From Vulcanimicrobiota bacterium (lineage in GTDB: Bacteria > Vulcanimicrobiota > Xenobia > Xenobiales > JADMJV01): a stretch of DNA of 64,000 nucleotides. The DNA lies in contig JBFWNU010000009.1 of the NCBI GenBank assembly GCA_050250895.1, forward strand, positions 134,488-198,487, read 5' to 3'. A model generated the notes under the pieces. It was not told where the DNA came from and made no database searches. It saw nothing but the letters and a program-made list of their open reading frames with translations. The translations under genes and the position numbers were made by a program. Numbering within the stretch: position 1 is the first letter of the stretch; each line of letters starts with the position of its first letter. Positions 38,255 through 47,283 of this stretch are shown piece after piece.

Positions 38255-39550
38255 GTGAGTGACTCCCGCATCCGCCAGATCAATCGACTACTCGAGCTCG
38301 AGCCCGAGAACAACGAGCTTCTGCTCGAACTGGCTCGCCTTTATAACAACAAAGGTGAAGACCTACAGGTCACCCGGGTGCTCGAAAAGGTGGTCTTGCA
38401 CTCGCCCAAACTGCACCAGGCAAGTTTTGACCTGGGGCTGGCCTACACTCGCATGAAGAACTTCGAGAGCGCTCTCAAAGCCTGGGAACGCATGGTCGAT
38501 AGCGACGGCGACCTTTTGCTCGAACCGATCAACCGCAAGACCGCCGGCTCGGCCATCGGCATCTGGAACAGCTTTCTGGCCCGCAGCGACGGCTCGGTCT
38601 TCACCTACTATCGAGCCGGATTGGCCCTGCTGATTCTCAAGAAGCTCGACACAGCCGCCGAGGCCTTCGAGAAGGTGGTCACCATCAACGGCGAGTTCGA
38701 GCGGGTCATCTATTACCGGGCTCGCACCCTGATGGAACTCAAACGGCCGGGCGAGGCCATCGATGGCCTCAATTGGTGGCTGGGCCGCAATCCTCAGGAC
38801 GCCTTCTGCCATTATCTGCTCGGAGCTTGTCTGCTGGCCGTGGGCCGCGACCGCAACGCGGCTGAGCACTTCAAGAAGGTGGTCGGCATCAAGCCTCGCC
38901 ATCTCAAGACTCGCCTGCGCATGGCCGAGGCCTTTCTGGGACGCGAAGCCACCGAGCCGGCTTTGCGCGTGCTCGAAGAAGCCCTCGAGGTCGATCCCAG
39001 TTGTGTCGAGGCCTTCCTGATCAAGGCCGAAGTGCTCGAGAAAGCCTTTCGCATGGACGAGGCCGTCTGGGCTCTCGAGTGCGCCCTCAAACAGAACGGC
39101 AACTCGCGCGAGGCCCACCGGGCCCTGGGCATCCTCTTTCGCAAGCTGGCCCGGAACCGCGAAGCGGTGCGCCACCTGCAAAAGGCCACCCAGCTCGACT
39201 CCGACGACGCCGAAGGCCACTACTATCTGGGCATGGTGCTGGCCGATCTCAAGCAATCCGACGAGGCGGTCAAGGCCCTGCACGCGGCCCATCGCCTGGC
39301 CCCCGGCGACACCTTCATCGCCTTTGCCTTGAGCCAGACCCTGCTGGAACTGGGCCAGCACGCCGAGGCGGCCGGCATCCTCGACCACCTGCTGATCAGC
39401 AAGCCCAACGACCGCAAGATGCGCATGGCCCTGGGTCAGGCCTATCTGGGAATGAAACAGCCCGAGTTGGCTCGGGCCGAGTTCAACCGGCTCTTAGAGA
39501 CCAATCCTCACGATGATGCCGTGCTCAAGCTACTCGACCACTGCCGCTAA
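38255..39550 (+). CDS. Tetratricopeptide repeat protein
   Basis: Many 34-aa repeats (YYLG...A...A....P). Confidence 0.88.
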   Translation: MSDSRIRQINRLLELEPENNELLLELARLYNNKGEDLQVTRVLEKVVLHSPKLHQASFDLGLAYTRMKNFESALKAWERMVDSDGDLLLEPINRKTAGSAIGIWNSFLARSDGSVFTYYRAGLALLILKKLDTAAEAFEKVVTINGEFERVIYYRARTLMELKRPGEAIDGLNWWLGRNPQDAFCHYLLGACLLAVGRDRNAAEHFKKVVGIKPRHLKTRLRMAEAFLGREATEPALRVLEEALEVDPSCVEAFLIKAEVLEKAFRMDEAVWALECALKQNGNSREAHRALGILFRKLARNREAVRHLQKATQLDSDDAEGHYYLGMVLADLKQSDEAVKALHAAHRLAPGDTFIAFALSQTLLELGQHAEAAGILDHLLISKPNDRKMRMALGQAYLGMKQPELARAEFNRLLETNPHDDAVLKLLDHCR

Positions 39551-39553
39551 TCC

Positions 39554-40477
39554 ATGTCCGTATTAAGCTCGCTACGCAATAACCTCGAGCAGGTCATTCT
39601 GGGCAAGCCGGCGGCTGTCGAGCACCTGCTGGTGGCCCTGGTGGCGGGTGGCCATGTGCTGATGGAAGACGTGCCCGGAGTGGGCAAGACCACCCTGGCC
39701 CGGGCCCTGGCCCAAACCATCGCCGGCGAATTCGCCCGCATTCAGTTCACTCCCGACCTGCTGCCGGCCGACGTGCTGGGCGTCTCGGTCTATAACGCCG
39801 CCGGCGGCACTTTCGACTTCAAGAAGGGACCGGTGTTCGCCAACATCTTGCTGGCCGACGAGATCAACCGCGCCTCTCCCCGCACCCAATCGGCCCTGCT
39901 GCAAGCCATGAGCGAGGCCCAGGCCACCGTCGACGGGACTACTTACGACCTGCCCTCGCCCTTCATGGTGCTGGCCACCCAGAACCCCATCGAGTTCCAC
40001 GGCACCTATCCCCTGCCCGAGGCGCAACTGGACCGTTTCTTGCTGCAAACCAGCCTGGGCTATCCCGATCCCGAGACCGAGGTCGAGGTGCTCTTTGGCC
40101 AGGCCCAACAGCACCCTCTCGAGCGTCTGCAGGCCGTGGTCGATACCACCCAGGTGCTGGAGCTGCAGGCCCAGGCCCGCCAGATCACGGTGGAGCGCTC
40201 GGTGGCCCGCTACATGGTCGACCTGGTCGAGGCCAGCCGACGCCACTCGGCCCTGTCGGTGGGAGCCAGCCCGCGCGGCAGTCTGGCCCTCTTCCGCTGC
40301 TGCCGAGCCCGGGCCCTCATCGACGGCCGCGACTATTGCCAGCCCGATGACGTCAAGGCTTTGGCCGAGGTGGTGTTGGCCCACCGCCTGGTGCTCGATG
40401 TCAAAGCCCGTTACGCCGGCACCACCGCGGCCGACGTGGTGGGCGAACTGCTGGCCCAGGTGGCTCCGCCCACGTGA
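39554..40477 (+). CDS. MoxR family AAA+ ATPase
   Basis: EDVPGVGKT, RIQFTPDLLPAD, DEINRA and YPLPEAQLDRF. Confidence 0.95.
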   Translation: MSVLSSLRNNLEQVILGKPAAVEHLLVALVAGGHVLMEDVPGVGKTTLARALAQTIAGEFARIQFTPDLLPADVLGVSVYNAAGGTFDFKKGPVFANILLADEINRASPRTQSALLQAMSEAQATVDGTTYDLPSPFMVLATQNPIEFHGTYPLPEAQLDRFLLQTSLGYPDPETEVEVLFGQAQQHPLERLQAVVDTTQVLELQAQARQITVERSVARYMVDLVEASRRHSALSVGASPRGSLALFRCCRARALIDGRDYCQPDDVKALAEVVLAHRLVLDVKARYAGTTAADVVGELLAQVAPPT

Positions 40478-41640
40478 ACTGGCTGCGCCGGCTGACCCGC
40501 CGCTACCTCACCACCGGGGGTCGCATTTTGTTGGGGGCAGCCGCGGCCAGCGCCCTGGCGGGCCTGGATCCCTTTCGAACCCAGCTGGGCGGCCTGTTCG
40601 TCGTGATCGGCTCGTTAGCCGTCATCACTTTTCTCCTGGGCCTTTTCACCCGCCCGCGTCTGAGCGGCCAGTGGTCGGCCCCGGTCCGGGCCGTGGCCGG
40701 AGGCCGCTTTCGCCTCACCGTTCGCGTGCTCAACCAGGGGCGGCGACCGGCCTACGACTACGAGACCTATCTCGACCACTTGCCCGACGGGCTCAGCCAT
40801 GGCAAGGAAGCCCCCGAATCGCGCCACGACCTGCTCGAGCCCGGACATAGCCATGAGTTGCGCATCCCTGTCTGGGCCTGGCGTCGCGGGGCCTACGACC
40901 TGGGTCCGGTCTTCGTCGGCAGCACCTATCCCCTGGGCCTGTTGCGCCTGGGTCGCAAACTGGCGGGGCAACGGCGGGTGCTGGTGACTCCGCCCATCCA
41001 TCCCATCGCCCAACTCGAGTTGGCCTCGGGCCTTCGCTACCAGCCCGGGGGCGTGCCCCTGGCCAGCCAGACCGGAGAGTCGATGGAGTTCGTGGGGGTG
41101 CGCGAGTATCGCCACGGCGACAGCCTGCGCAAGTTGCACTGGAAGCTGTGGGCCCGGCGCGGCCAGCCGGTGGTGCGCGAATACAGCCAGGAATACTTTT
41201 CCCGGGTGGGGGTCATCCTCGACACCTACCGGCCCGGCGAACTCGAACCGGCCGTGGAAGTGGCCGCCTCGATCGCGGCCTATCTCGAGCGGCGTGACGC
41301 CATCGTCGACTTCTTTGCTGCCGGCGAGACCGTCTATACTCTTTCCGCCGGACGCCACGTCGGAGCCCTGCAGAGCATTCTCGATGTGCTGGCCTGCGTC
41401 ACCGCCTGCAAACAGCCCCCGTACGCCCGCCTCGAAGCCCAGCTCTCACGCATGCTGGCCGGCCTGTCGGCAGTGGTGGTGGTGACCTTCGCCCTCAATC
41501 CCGAGCGAGCCGACTTCCTCGAGCGCCTGCGAGTGCACGGCGCCCCCCTCAAAGTCATCGTGGTCGGCTCCGGCGAGTGCCCGCCCGAGGCCGTGCGCGT
41601 CAACCCGAAGGAGATGCCCGAGTGCTTGCAGCGCCTGTAA
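40474..41640 (+). CDS. DUF58 domain membrane protein
   Basis: EFVGVREYRHGDSLRKLHWK..AR. Confidence 0.9.
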   Translation: MNWLRRLTRRYLTTGGRILLGAAAASALAGLDPFRTQLGGLFVVIGSLAVITFLLGLFTRPRLSGQWSAPVRAVAGGRFRLTVRVLNQGRRPAYDYETYLDHLPDGLSHGKEAPESRHDLLEPGHSHELRIPVWAWRRGAYDLGPVFVGSTYPLGLLRLGRKLAGQRRVLVTPPIHPIAQLELASGLRYQPGGVPLASQTGESMEFVGVREYRHGDSLRKLHWKLWARRGQPVVREYSQEYFSRVGVILDTYRPGELEPAVEVAASIAAYLERRDAIVDFFAAGETVYTLSAGRHVGALQSILDVLACVTACKQPPYARLEAQLSRMLAGLSAVVVVTFALNPERADFLERLRVHGAPLKVIVVGSGECPPEAVRVNPKEMPECLQRL

Positions 41641-43553
41641 ACCGCCTGCGCGGGCCCGAAATGATCATGGCCCTGGTGGCCGCTCTCACCTTTGCGGTAG
41701 TGGCCGAAGGTTGGCGCTGGTTGACCCTGGCCCTGGCGCTGCTGGTGGTGGCCAGCTGGTGGACCCCCTGGCGCTACCACACCACCCCCGCCCGCCAGCG
41801 CCTCATCTTCTCGCTGGCCGGTCTGCCCTTTCTTATGGCCGGGCTCTATCATCTATCCACCGGTCGCGAGGCCATCATCACCGCCCAGCGCGTGGCCGTG
41901 CTGGGAGCCGTGTACGTCTTCGTGGGAGCGGTCATCGAACTGTATCGCGAGCCCGGTCTGGCCCGGGCCGGGGTCTTTCACGTCGGTTGCCTGACCCTGC
42001 TGATGCTGGGCGGCCTCAGCTATCTCAATCCCTACTATCCGCTCAGCCTGCTGGCCTATGCCACCGCCGTCGTCTTCTTCCTCCAGCACCCCTTTCCCGG
42101 AATGGAGGGCGAACTCGCACCCACCCGCTCGCGGGCCCCGGTGGCCGGCATCTGGCTGGCGCTGGTCCTGGCCTTCGCCCTGAGCTACTGGTCTTTTCGC
42201 CAATTGCCCCGGCTGGGTGCCAGTGTCTATCGGGCCTACGCCCGCACGCTGGTCTCGGATGTCCGGCCGGCCACCGGCTTCTTCGGTGCCACCACCGAAC
42301 TGTCAGACATCCAGGACCTGGCCGGCTCGCGCCAGGTGCTGGCCCGGGTCAACGGCCCCCAGACCCTGTTGCGAGGCCAGATCTACACCGTTTATCGCGG
42401 TGGCCGCTGGGCTAACCCCAGTACTCGCGAGACCCGCGAAATCATGAAATCAGACCAGGCGGAATATCAACTGCCCGGCCCGCCCCCCGAGCCCATGCTC
42501 GAATGGCGTATCGCTCCCGTCAAGACCGCCGCGGGCGCCCTCAACGCGCCTCCCGGTGTTTATCGCCTGGCCATCCAGGTGGACGAACTCGAGATCGACG
42601 CCTATGACGGCCTGGTGGCCGACAACCAGTATCCCTACACCGTCTGGGCCTCGGGAAGCCTCGGCCTGGGTCGCAGCCCGCGCCGGCTCGACCCCACCCA
42701 TCGCGAGTATGTCGACTTTCCCCCCGGCCTCAAAAACGCCTTGACCGAAGCCGCCCGGGCCCAACTCGAGCCGGGAATGACCCCCCGCCAACAGGCCCTG
42801 GCCCTCGAGAACTGGCTGTCTGAGCAGGGCCGCTATCAGCCCGACGCCGAGCGCCCCCGCGGAGTGGACCCCATCGCCCACTTCCTCTCCCACGGCCTGG
42901 CCGGCCACTGCGAGTTTTTCGCCAGCTCGATGGCCCTGATTCTGCGCTCTCAGGGCATTCCCAGCCGCTATGTGGTCGGCTTCAAACTCTACGAACGCAA
43001 CCCCTGGGGCGACTACTGGGTGGTCCGCGACCGCGACGCCCACGCCTGGGTCGAGGTCTATCTCGAAGGCGAAGGCTGGGTCACCTACGACCCCACTCCC
43101 CCCGGCGAGCAGGCCGCCACCCACCCCGAAGGTGATCGCACTTCCGGCCTGGACGCTCTCTGGGACGGCCTCAAAGCCCGCTTGAGTGGAGCCTGGCGCT
43201 GGCTGATGGAACGCAGCTGGGGGCGCGTCGGCGCCGCCCTCGGCGGGCTGACCCTGCTCACCCTCCTGGTGGGTGGGGGCTGGTGGCTGCGCCGCTATGG
43301 GCCGCAACTGCTGGCCAGTTCGCACCCCACCCACGAACTGCAACCGCTGTTGCTGCGCCTGGACCGCCACCTGGCCCGCAGCGGCCAGGAACGGCGCCCC
43401 CTCGAGACCCCGCTCGAGCTGGCCGAGCGCCTCGACCCCCTGGTCCCCGAGGCGGCCGCCTGGCTGCGGGCTTACTCTCAGGCCCGCTTCGGCCCCCCCG
43501 ATCCGGTCCGAATCGCCGAGCTAGAACAGGGGCTGTCCCGCTTGCTCAGGTAG
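41622..43553 (+). CDS. Membrane transglutaminase-like protein (TgpA type)
   Basis: Multi-TM N-terminus, GHCEFFASSM, HAWVEVY and W..YDPT. Start uncertain. Confidence 0.9.
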   Translation: MLAAPVNRLRGPEMIMALVAALTFAVVAEGWRWLTLALALLVVASWWTPWRYHTTPARQRLIFSLAGLPFLMAGLYHLSTGREAIITAQRVAVLGAVYVFVGAVIELYREPGLARAGVFHVGCLTLLMLGGLSYLNPYYPLSLLAYATAVVFFLQHPFPGMEGELAPTRSRAPVAGIWLALVLAFALSYWSFRQLPRLGASVYRAYARTLVSDVRPATGFFGATTELSDIQDLAGSRQVLARVNGPQTLLRGQIYTVYRGGRWANPSTRETREIMKSDQAEYQLPGPPPEPMLEWRIAPVKTAAGALNAPPGVYRLAIQVDELEIDAYDGLVADNQYPYTVWASGSLGLGRSPRRLDPTHREYVDFPPGLKNALTEAARAQLEPGMTPRQQALALENWLSEQGRYQPDAERPRGVDPIAHFLSHGLAGHCEFFASSMALILRSQGIPSRYVVGFKLYERNPWGDYWVVRDRDAHAWVEVYLEGEGWVTYDPTPPGEQAATHPEGDRTSGLDALWDGLKARLSGAWRWLMERSWGRVGAALGGLTLLTLLVGGGWWLRRYGPQLLASSHPTHELQPLLLRLDRHLARSGQERRPLETPLELAERLDPLVPEAAAWLRAYSQARFGPPDPVRIAELEQGLSRLLR

Positions 43554-43571
43554 CGGCGGAGCACCCAGTCC

Positions 43572-43712
43572 CTCCCGTTGGGCCGCGAGAGCGAAATCGA
43601 CCGACACATCCTCATTGTCCTGGCCCAGCAAAGTGAAGCTGTCATAAAGCTTCTCTTCGCGTTCGCGCTCGAGTCTGAACACAAGACTCTCCACCAGCAA
43701 CTCGTTTAGACT
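43572..43712 (-). pseudogene. 5'-truncated remnant of a ribbon-helix-helix-type antitoxin
   Basis: Frame reads SLNELLVESL..RLEREREEKLYDSFTLLGQDNEDVSVDFALAAQRE, with no proper start and no toxin gene following. Confidence 0.4.
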
Positions 43713-43723
43713 CGAAGCGCGCT

Positions 43724-44170
43724 CTAGACGCGCTGCAGGTGGCTGGCGTCCATGCGCCAGCTGCGGCCGTCGAAGACCACCACGTAATAACCCGAAAGAT
43801 GGGCGGCCGTGCCGCTCGGCTGCAGGGCGGTCAGACTCACATCGACCCTGGCCTGGCCCGGCCCTACCGCGCGCACCCCGACCACCTGGGTTTCGAGATG
43901 GTCCAGGTTGCGAAAGCCTGATTCGAACTCGCCTCGGGGCAGAGCCTGTCGCCAGTTGGGAGAGAGTCGATCATAGGCGGCCTGGTAGGCCCCGCCGTCG
44001 ATGGCCCGGTGAAAATCAAGCACCGTCTGGGCTGCGTCTACCAGACGCGCTCCGTCATCGTTTTGACTGGCCCGCAAGACCCAATGGCCGAAGCCGAGCA
44101 CCACCATCAGCAGTGCCACCACGGCCATCGTCAAACTGAGTGAGGCGGCGTCGCGAAGTTTCCCCTGCAT
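43724..44170 (-). CDS. Membrane-anchored NTF2-like domain protein
   Basis: TM followed by DFHRAIDGGAYQAAYDRLSPNWR....EFESG. Paralog of the neighbouring gene. Confidence 0.7.
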   Translation of the reverse strand: MQGKLRDAASLSLTMAVVALLMVVLGFGHWVLRASQNDDGARLVDAAQTVLDFHRAIDGGAYQAAYDRLSPNWRQALPRGEFESGFRNLDHLETQVVGVRAVGPGQARVDVSLTALQPSGTAAHLSGYYVVVFDGRSWRMDASHLQRV

Positions 44171-44223
44171 CCCCTTCAGGATATTCCCGAGATGTTTCCG
44201 AACTGTCTACTGGAGCGCCCACA

Positions 44224-44253
44224 TGTTAACGAGGCATTGCCGGCTTGTTACAA
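44224..44253 (-). promoter_or_regulatory. Duplicated ECF-like promoter motif, copy 1
   Basis: Minus strand TGTAACAAGCCG-N8-TCGTTAACA, 53 nt before the ATG. Confidence 0.5.
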
Positions 44254-44255
44254 GT

Positions 44256-45071
44256 TCACTGCGCGTAGACCAGATGGCAACGGTCGAGGTTCCAGTTAGC
44301 GCCATCATGGACTACCAGATAGTAGCCAACCAGGCGCTCTACCTGGTCCCCCGCGACCTTGTCGATGGTGACGGCTACGCGGGCGCTGGTATCGGTCTCG
44401 AACGTGACCTGTCCGGGATAACAGTAGACGCTATCCACTTTGCCATACCCCGATTCGAACTCGCCAAAATCGAGGGCCTCGCGCCAGGCCGGCGTCAGTC
44501 GCTGATAAGCGGCCTGATAGGCCTGGGCGTTGACGGCCTTATAAAAGTCACTGACTGACTGGGAGGCGTCGTCGGGACGAGGTTCGGTGCCGGCCGAGGC
44601 TTTGTGAACCGACAGACTCATCATGATCAGCACGAAGAAGAAGACCGACATCACGGTCACGGTGGCCAGTCCCCGGGCCAGGCTCTCGACGGCCTCCCGA
44701 AGACTGGGCAAAGGCCGGGCCTTTTCGCGGGCCCAGTCCCGACCCTTGGCGGTCTCGCTCGAAAGCCAGCCGAAAAACTCAGCGAAGAAGCGCTGGCCAA
44801 TCAACAGGGCGATCTTCAAGCGCAGGCCCGGAGGTGGTCCGGCGGGCTCGACCGGAAGGGGCGCCGGAGCCACGATCGTGATCTCCTCGCCGATCTCCAG
44901 TTCAAGGGCCTGCTCGTCGAGGCTCTCGGGAAGAGCATCTTTGGGCGCCTCTTCCCCCACCTCGGCGCAGCCCGACACCGTGCGATGTCGTTTGAGCGAA
45001 ATCGGGTGCGAGAACGTCTGCCCACAGCTACAGGCGTATTTCTTGGAACTCTTGGCTTTCAACTTGGGCAT
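44256..45071 (-). CDS. Zinc-finger / TM / NTF2-like protein
   Basis: YACSCGQTFSHPISLKRHRTVSGC, a TM helix and DFYKAVNAQAYQAAYQRLTPAWR....EFESG. Confidence 0.72.
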   Translation of the reverse strand: MPKLKAKSSKKYACSCGQTFSHPISLKRHRTVSGCAEVGEEAPKDALPESLDEQALELEIGEEITIVAPAPLPVEPAGPPPGLRLKIALLIGQRFFAEFFGWLSSETAKGRDWAREKARPLPSLREAVESLARGLATVTVMSVFFFVLIMMSLSVHKASAGTEPRPDDASQSVSDFYKAVNAQAYQAAYQRLTPAWREALDFGEFESGYGKVDSVYCYPGQVTFETDTSARVAVTIDKVAGDQVERLVGYYLVVHDGANWNLDRCHLVYAQ

Positions 45072-45123
45072 GGTCTCAGTCTATTCAGGCAGGGCAGCGC
45101 CAGCGCAATCTAAGGGGGTCATT

Positions 45124-45153
45124 TGTTAACGATCGATGAACGGATTGTAAACA
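45124..45153 (-). promoter_or_regulatory. Duplicated ECF-like promoter motif, copy 2
   Basis: Minus strand GTTTACAATCCG-N8-TCGTTAACA, 52 nt before the ATG. Confidence 0.5.
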
Positions 45154-45162
45154 AATGGGCGG

Positions 45163-45484
45163 GTCGACGCTGCGCGTCGGCAGGGAGCGCCGACGTTGTC
45201 GGCGGGAAGAGGAGCCGGCGCTTCGCGCGGAGATATCGACGCTAGCGCGTCGACAGGGAGCGCCGACGTTGTCGGCGGGAGAAGGAGCCGGCGCTTCGCG
45301 CGGAGATATCGACGCTAGCGCGTCGACAGGGAGCGCCGACGTTGTCGGCGGGAAAGGAGCCGGCGCTTCGCGCGGAGATCTCGACGCTAGCGCGTCGACA
45401 GGGAGCAGCCTTCGGCTGATCCCGCGAGCGCAGCGAGCGCTCCTTATCCCGGCCGAAGGCCGCTCCTTCGCGAGCGAAGCGAGC
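45163..45484 (-). repeat. Mosaic hairpin array with three 72-73 bp tandem units
   Basis: Units start at 45181, 45254 and 45327. Each has three short palindromes separated by purine linkers, plus a short arm with the opposite linker polarity. Confidence 0.9.
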
Positions 45485-45906
45485 TACTGCAACGGTGTCA
45501 TCTCGCCTTCCCAGCGAGCTCGCGAGAGGATGTCGTGGAAGGTCTCGCGGTCGAGGTCGCGGGTGTAGAGCATGATCACGCACTCGGGTTGGGACAGGCG
45601 CAGATGGGTCACCAGGGCCGGGGTGGAGCTGCCCAGGAACTGCGAAGCCCGAATGACTTTGACTTCCAGGCCGCAGAACTTGTCCTCCCACTCCTCTTCG
45701 CTCACCATCGGACCGCCGGGACGAGGCGGATAGGGCTTCCAGTAGAAGGCGTGCAGTTGGGCCCCCTGGCCGTTGCGCCAGCTCATCTGGTGTTCAGTTA
45801 CGGTGGTTCCGGGAATGAGCCCGGGCACTTCCTGGCGTGAATCGGCAACGCGCTCGAAGTCAGGGGGGAGGACCAGCGCCAGAAAGACGAAGAGCCAGGT
45901 CTTCAC
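45484..45906 (-). CDS. Hypothetical exported protein
   Basis: GTG start overlapping the upstream stop, MKTWLFVFLALVL. Confidence 0.6.
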   Translation of the reverse strand: MKTWLFVFLALVLPPDFERVADSRQEVPGLIPGTTVTEHQMSWRNGQGAQLHAFYWKPYPPRPGGPMVSEEEWEDKFCGLEVKVIRASQFLGSSTPALVTHLRLSQPECVIMLYTRDLDRETFHDILSRARWEGEMTPLQ

Positions 45907-46508
45907 GAGCCCTGGTCGAGGCGCACCTTGCGATTGCGCATGCTGCCCCGACTGCGGATGCGGCAACCGTTCTTGTCGATCTGGAGGCCCTCGAAATCGG
46001 CGTCGGCGAAGCGCACCAGTTGGTCGCCACAATGATCTGGCGAAGGCAGGATCTCGACCTCATGAGCCTTGCACAGTTCCCAGAGTTGATTGAAGAAGTC
46101 GCGGTGACGGCTGTCCATGGCCCGAATCCAGACGTCGGGGCGAGAGATCGTCTGCAAGCGGCAGTTGAGACGGGCGTTGCGGCGGAAGAGTTCGCGATAG
46201 ACGAAGACGGGAATGCGCGCCTTTTCGGCCAGGTCGACCGTTTCCATCCCCTCGGAACTCTCGGGGTCGAGGATGGCCACCACCGCGGCCTCGGCCTGCT
46301 CGCTGAGATCGTCGATGGCCTCTTCACGCGAGGTATAGCGCAGACAAGGCACCCCCTGGCTCGAGGCCCATTGGGCGGCCCGCCCGGCCAAAGCGCCCTG
46401 GGCCGCCAGGCAAGCTACCTCTTGCACCTCGACTCCGCTGGCTTCAAGGGCCCGCTCGACCACGGTGGGGTCGGTGAGCACGGCCGGTCCGCACAAGAGC
46501 ACTCTCAA
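45903..46508 (-). CDS. Divergent SLOG-fold (YspA/DUF2493-like) protein with extra C-terminal domain
   Basis: MRVLLCG...D..VV.RAL, A.QWA...GVP and AVVAILD..S......VDLA.K..IPV. Confidence 0.6.
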   Translation of the reverse strand: MRVLLCGPAVLTDPTVVERALEASGVEVQEVACLAAQGALAGRAAQWASSQGVPCLRYTSREEAIDDLSEQAEAAVVAILDPESSEGMETVDLAEKARIPVFVYRELFRRNARLNCRLQTISRPDVWIRAMDSRHRDFFNQLWELCKAHEVEILPSPDHCGDQLVRFADADFEGLQIDKNGCRIRSRGSMRNRKVRLDQGS

Positions 46509-46921
46509 GTCAGGCGCTCCCACATTCGACGGTAGCGGGCCAGTCGTTCTAGCTCTTTGGGACCTAGCTCGCGCAGGCGGCGGACATCCATGTTGTCTTC
46601 GAGGTCGGCCCTCTTCACGGCGCGCGCGATAGGATTGGCCGCCGCCCGCTCGATGAACTCGTCGTAGCTCTCGTCAGCGCGTCGGGTCAAGCCGTCAACG
46701 GCCTCCACCACCTCGGCCGGAAACCCCTCGGCCATCAGTTGTTCGAGTGAAACTTCGGTGTCTTCCACCACATCATGAAGAACGGCGGCCATGCGAGCGT
46801 GCTCGCCGTCGACCGCCAGCATCATCCGAAGGGGATGAAGGATGTAGGGTTGCCCGGCCTTGTCTTTCTGACCGCGGTGGGCGGAGACGGCCAGAGCGAT
46901 CGCTTCTTCAAGCCCCGCCAT
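46505..46921 (-). CDS. Stand-alone RelA/SpoT-type HD domain protein (small alarmone hydrolase-like)
   Basis: AH.GQ.DKAGQPYILHP, AVLHDVVEDT and VK.AD..DN. Confidence 0.88.
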   Translation of the reverse strand: MAGLEEAIALAVSAHRGQKDKAGQPYILHPLRMMLAVDGEHARMAAVLHDVVEDTEVSLEQLMAEGFPAEVVEAVDGLTRRADESYDEFIERAAANPIARAVKRADLEDNMDVRRLRELGPKELERLARYRRMWERLT

Positions 46922-47270
46922 CAGACTCCTCAGCGGGGGGCTCTTCGGTGGCCACGGCGGCTTTGGGCATCGGCCGGGTGGGAGCGTCGGCTTCGGGTGT
47001 CTCGAGGTCGGCGGTAGGCGAAACCGGTGCGGGCGCGGCGGGCGCCGGGGCGGGGGGAGCCACGGCCAGGGCGGCCGGCTGGGGCCGGTTGGCTTTGACC
47101 TCGCTTTCGACCACCTCGCTCACTTCGGCCTTGAGGTCGCTGGCTGCCTTGCGGAAGGCGCGCAAGCCTTCGCCGGCGGCTTTGGCAATCTCGGGCAGGC
47201 GCGAGGGCCCGAACACGAGCAGAGCCAGCAGGCCCAACAGCATCATTTCACTCGGTCCGATATTAAACAT
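46908..47270 (-). CDS. tatA: Twin-arginine translocase TatA/TatB subunit
   Basis: MFNIGPSE...LLVFGPSRLPE.A...G..LRAFRKA. Confidence 0.85.
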   Translation of the reverse strand: MFNIGPSEMMLLGLLALLVFGPSRLPEIAKAAGEGLRAFRKAASDLKAEVSEVVESEVKANRPQPAALAVAPPAPAPAAPAPVSPTADLETPEADAPTRPMPKAAVATEEPPAEESDGGA

Positions 47271-47283
47271 GCTTAGCTATACC

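Noticed and set aside
45155-45691. ORFs 45155-45568 (+) and 45242-45691 (-)
   Set aside because: They are translations of the 72-73 bp repeat, whose unit length is not consistently a multiple of three.
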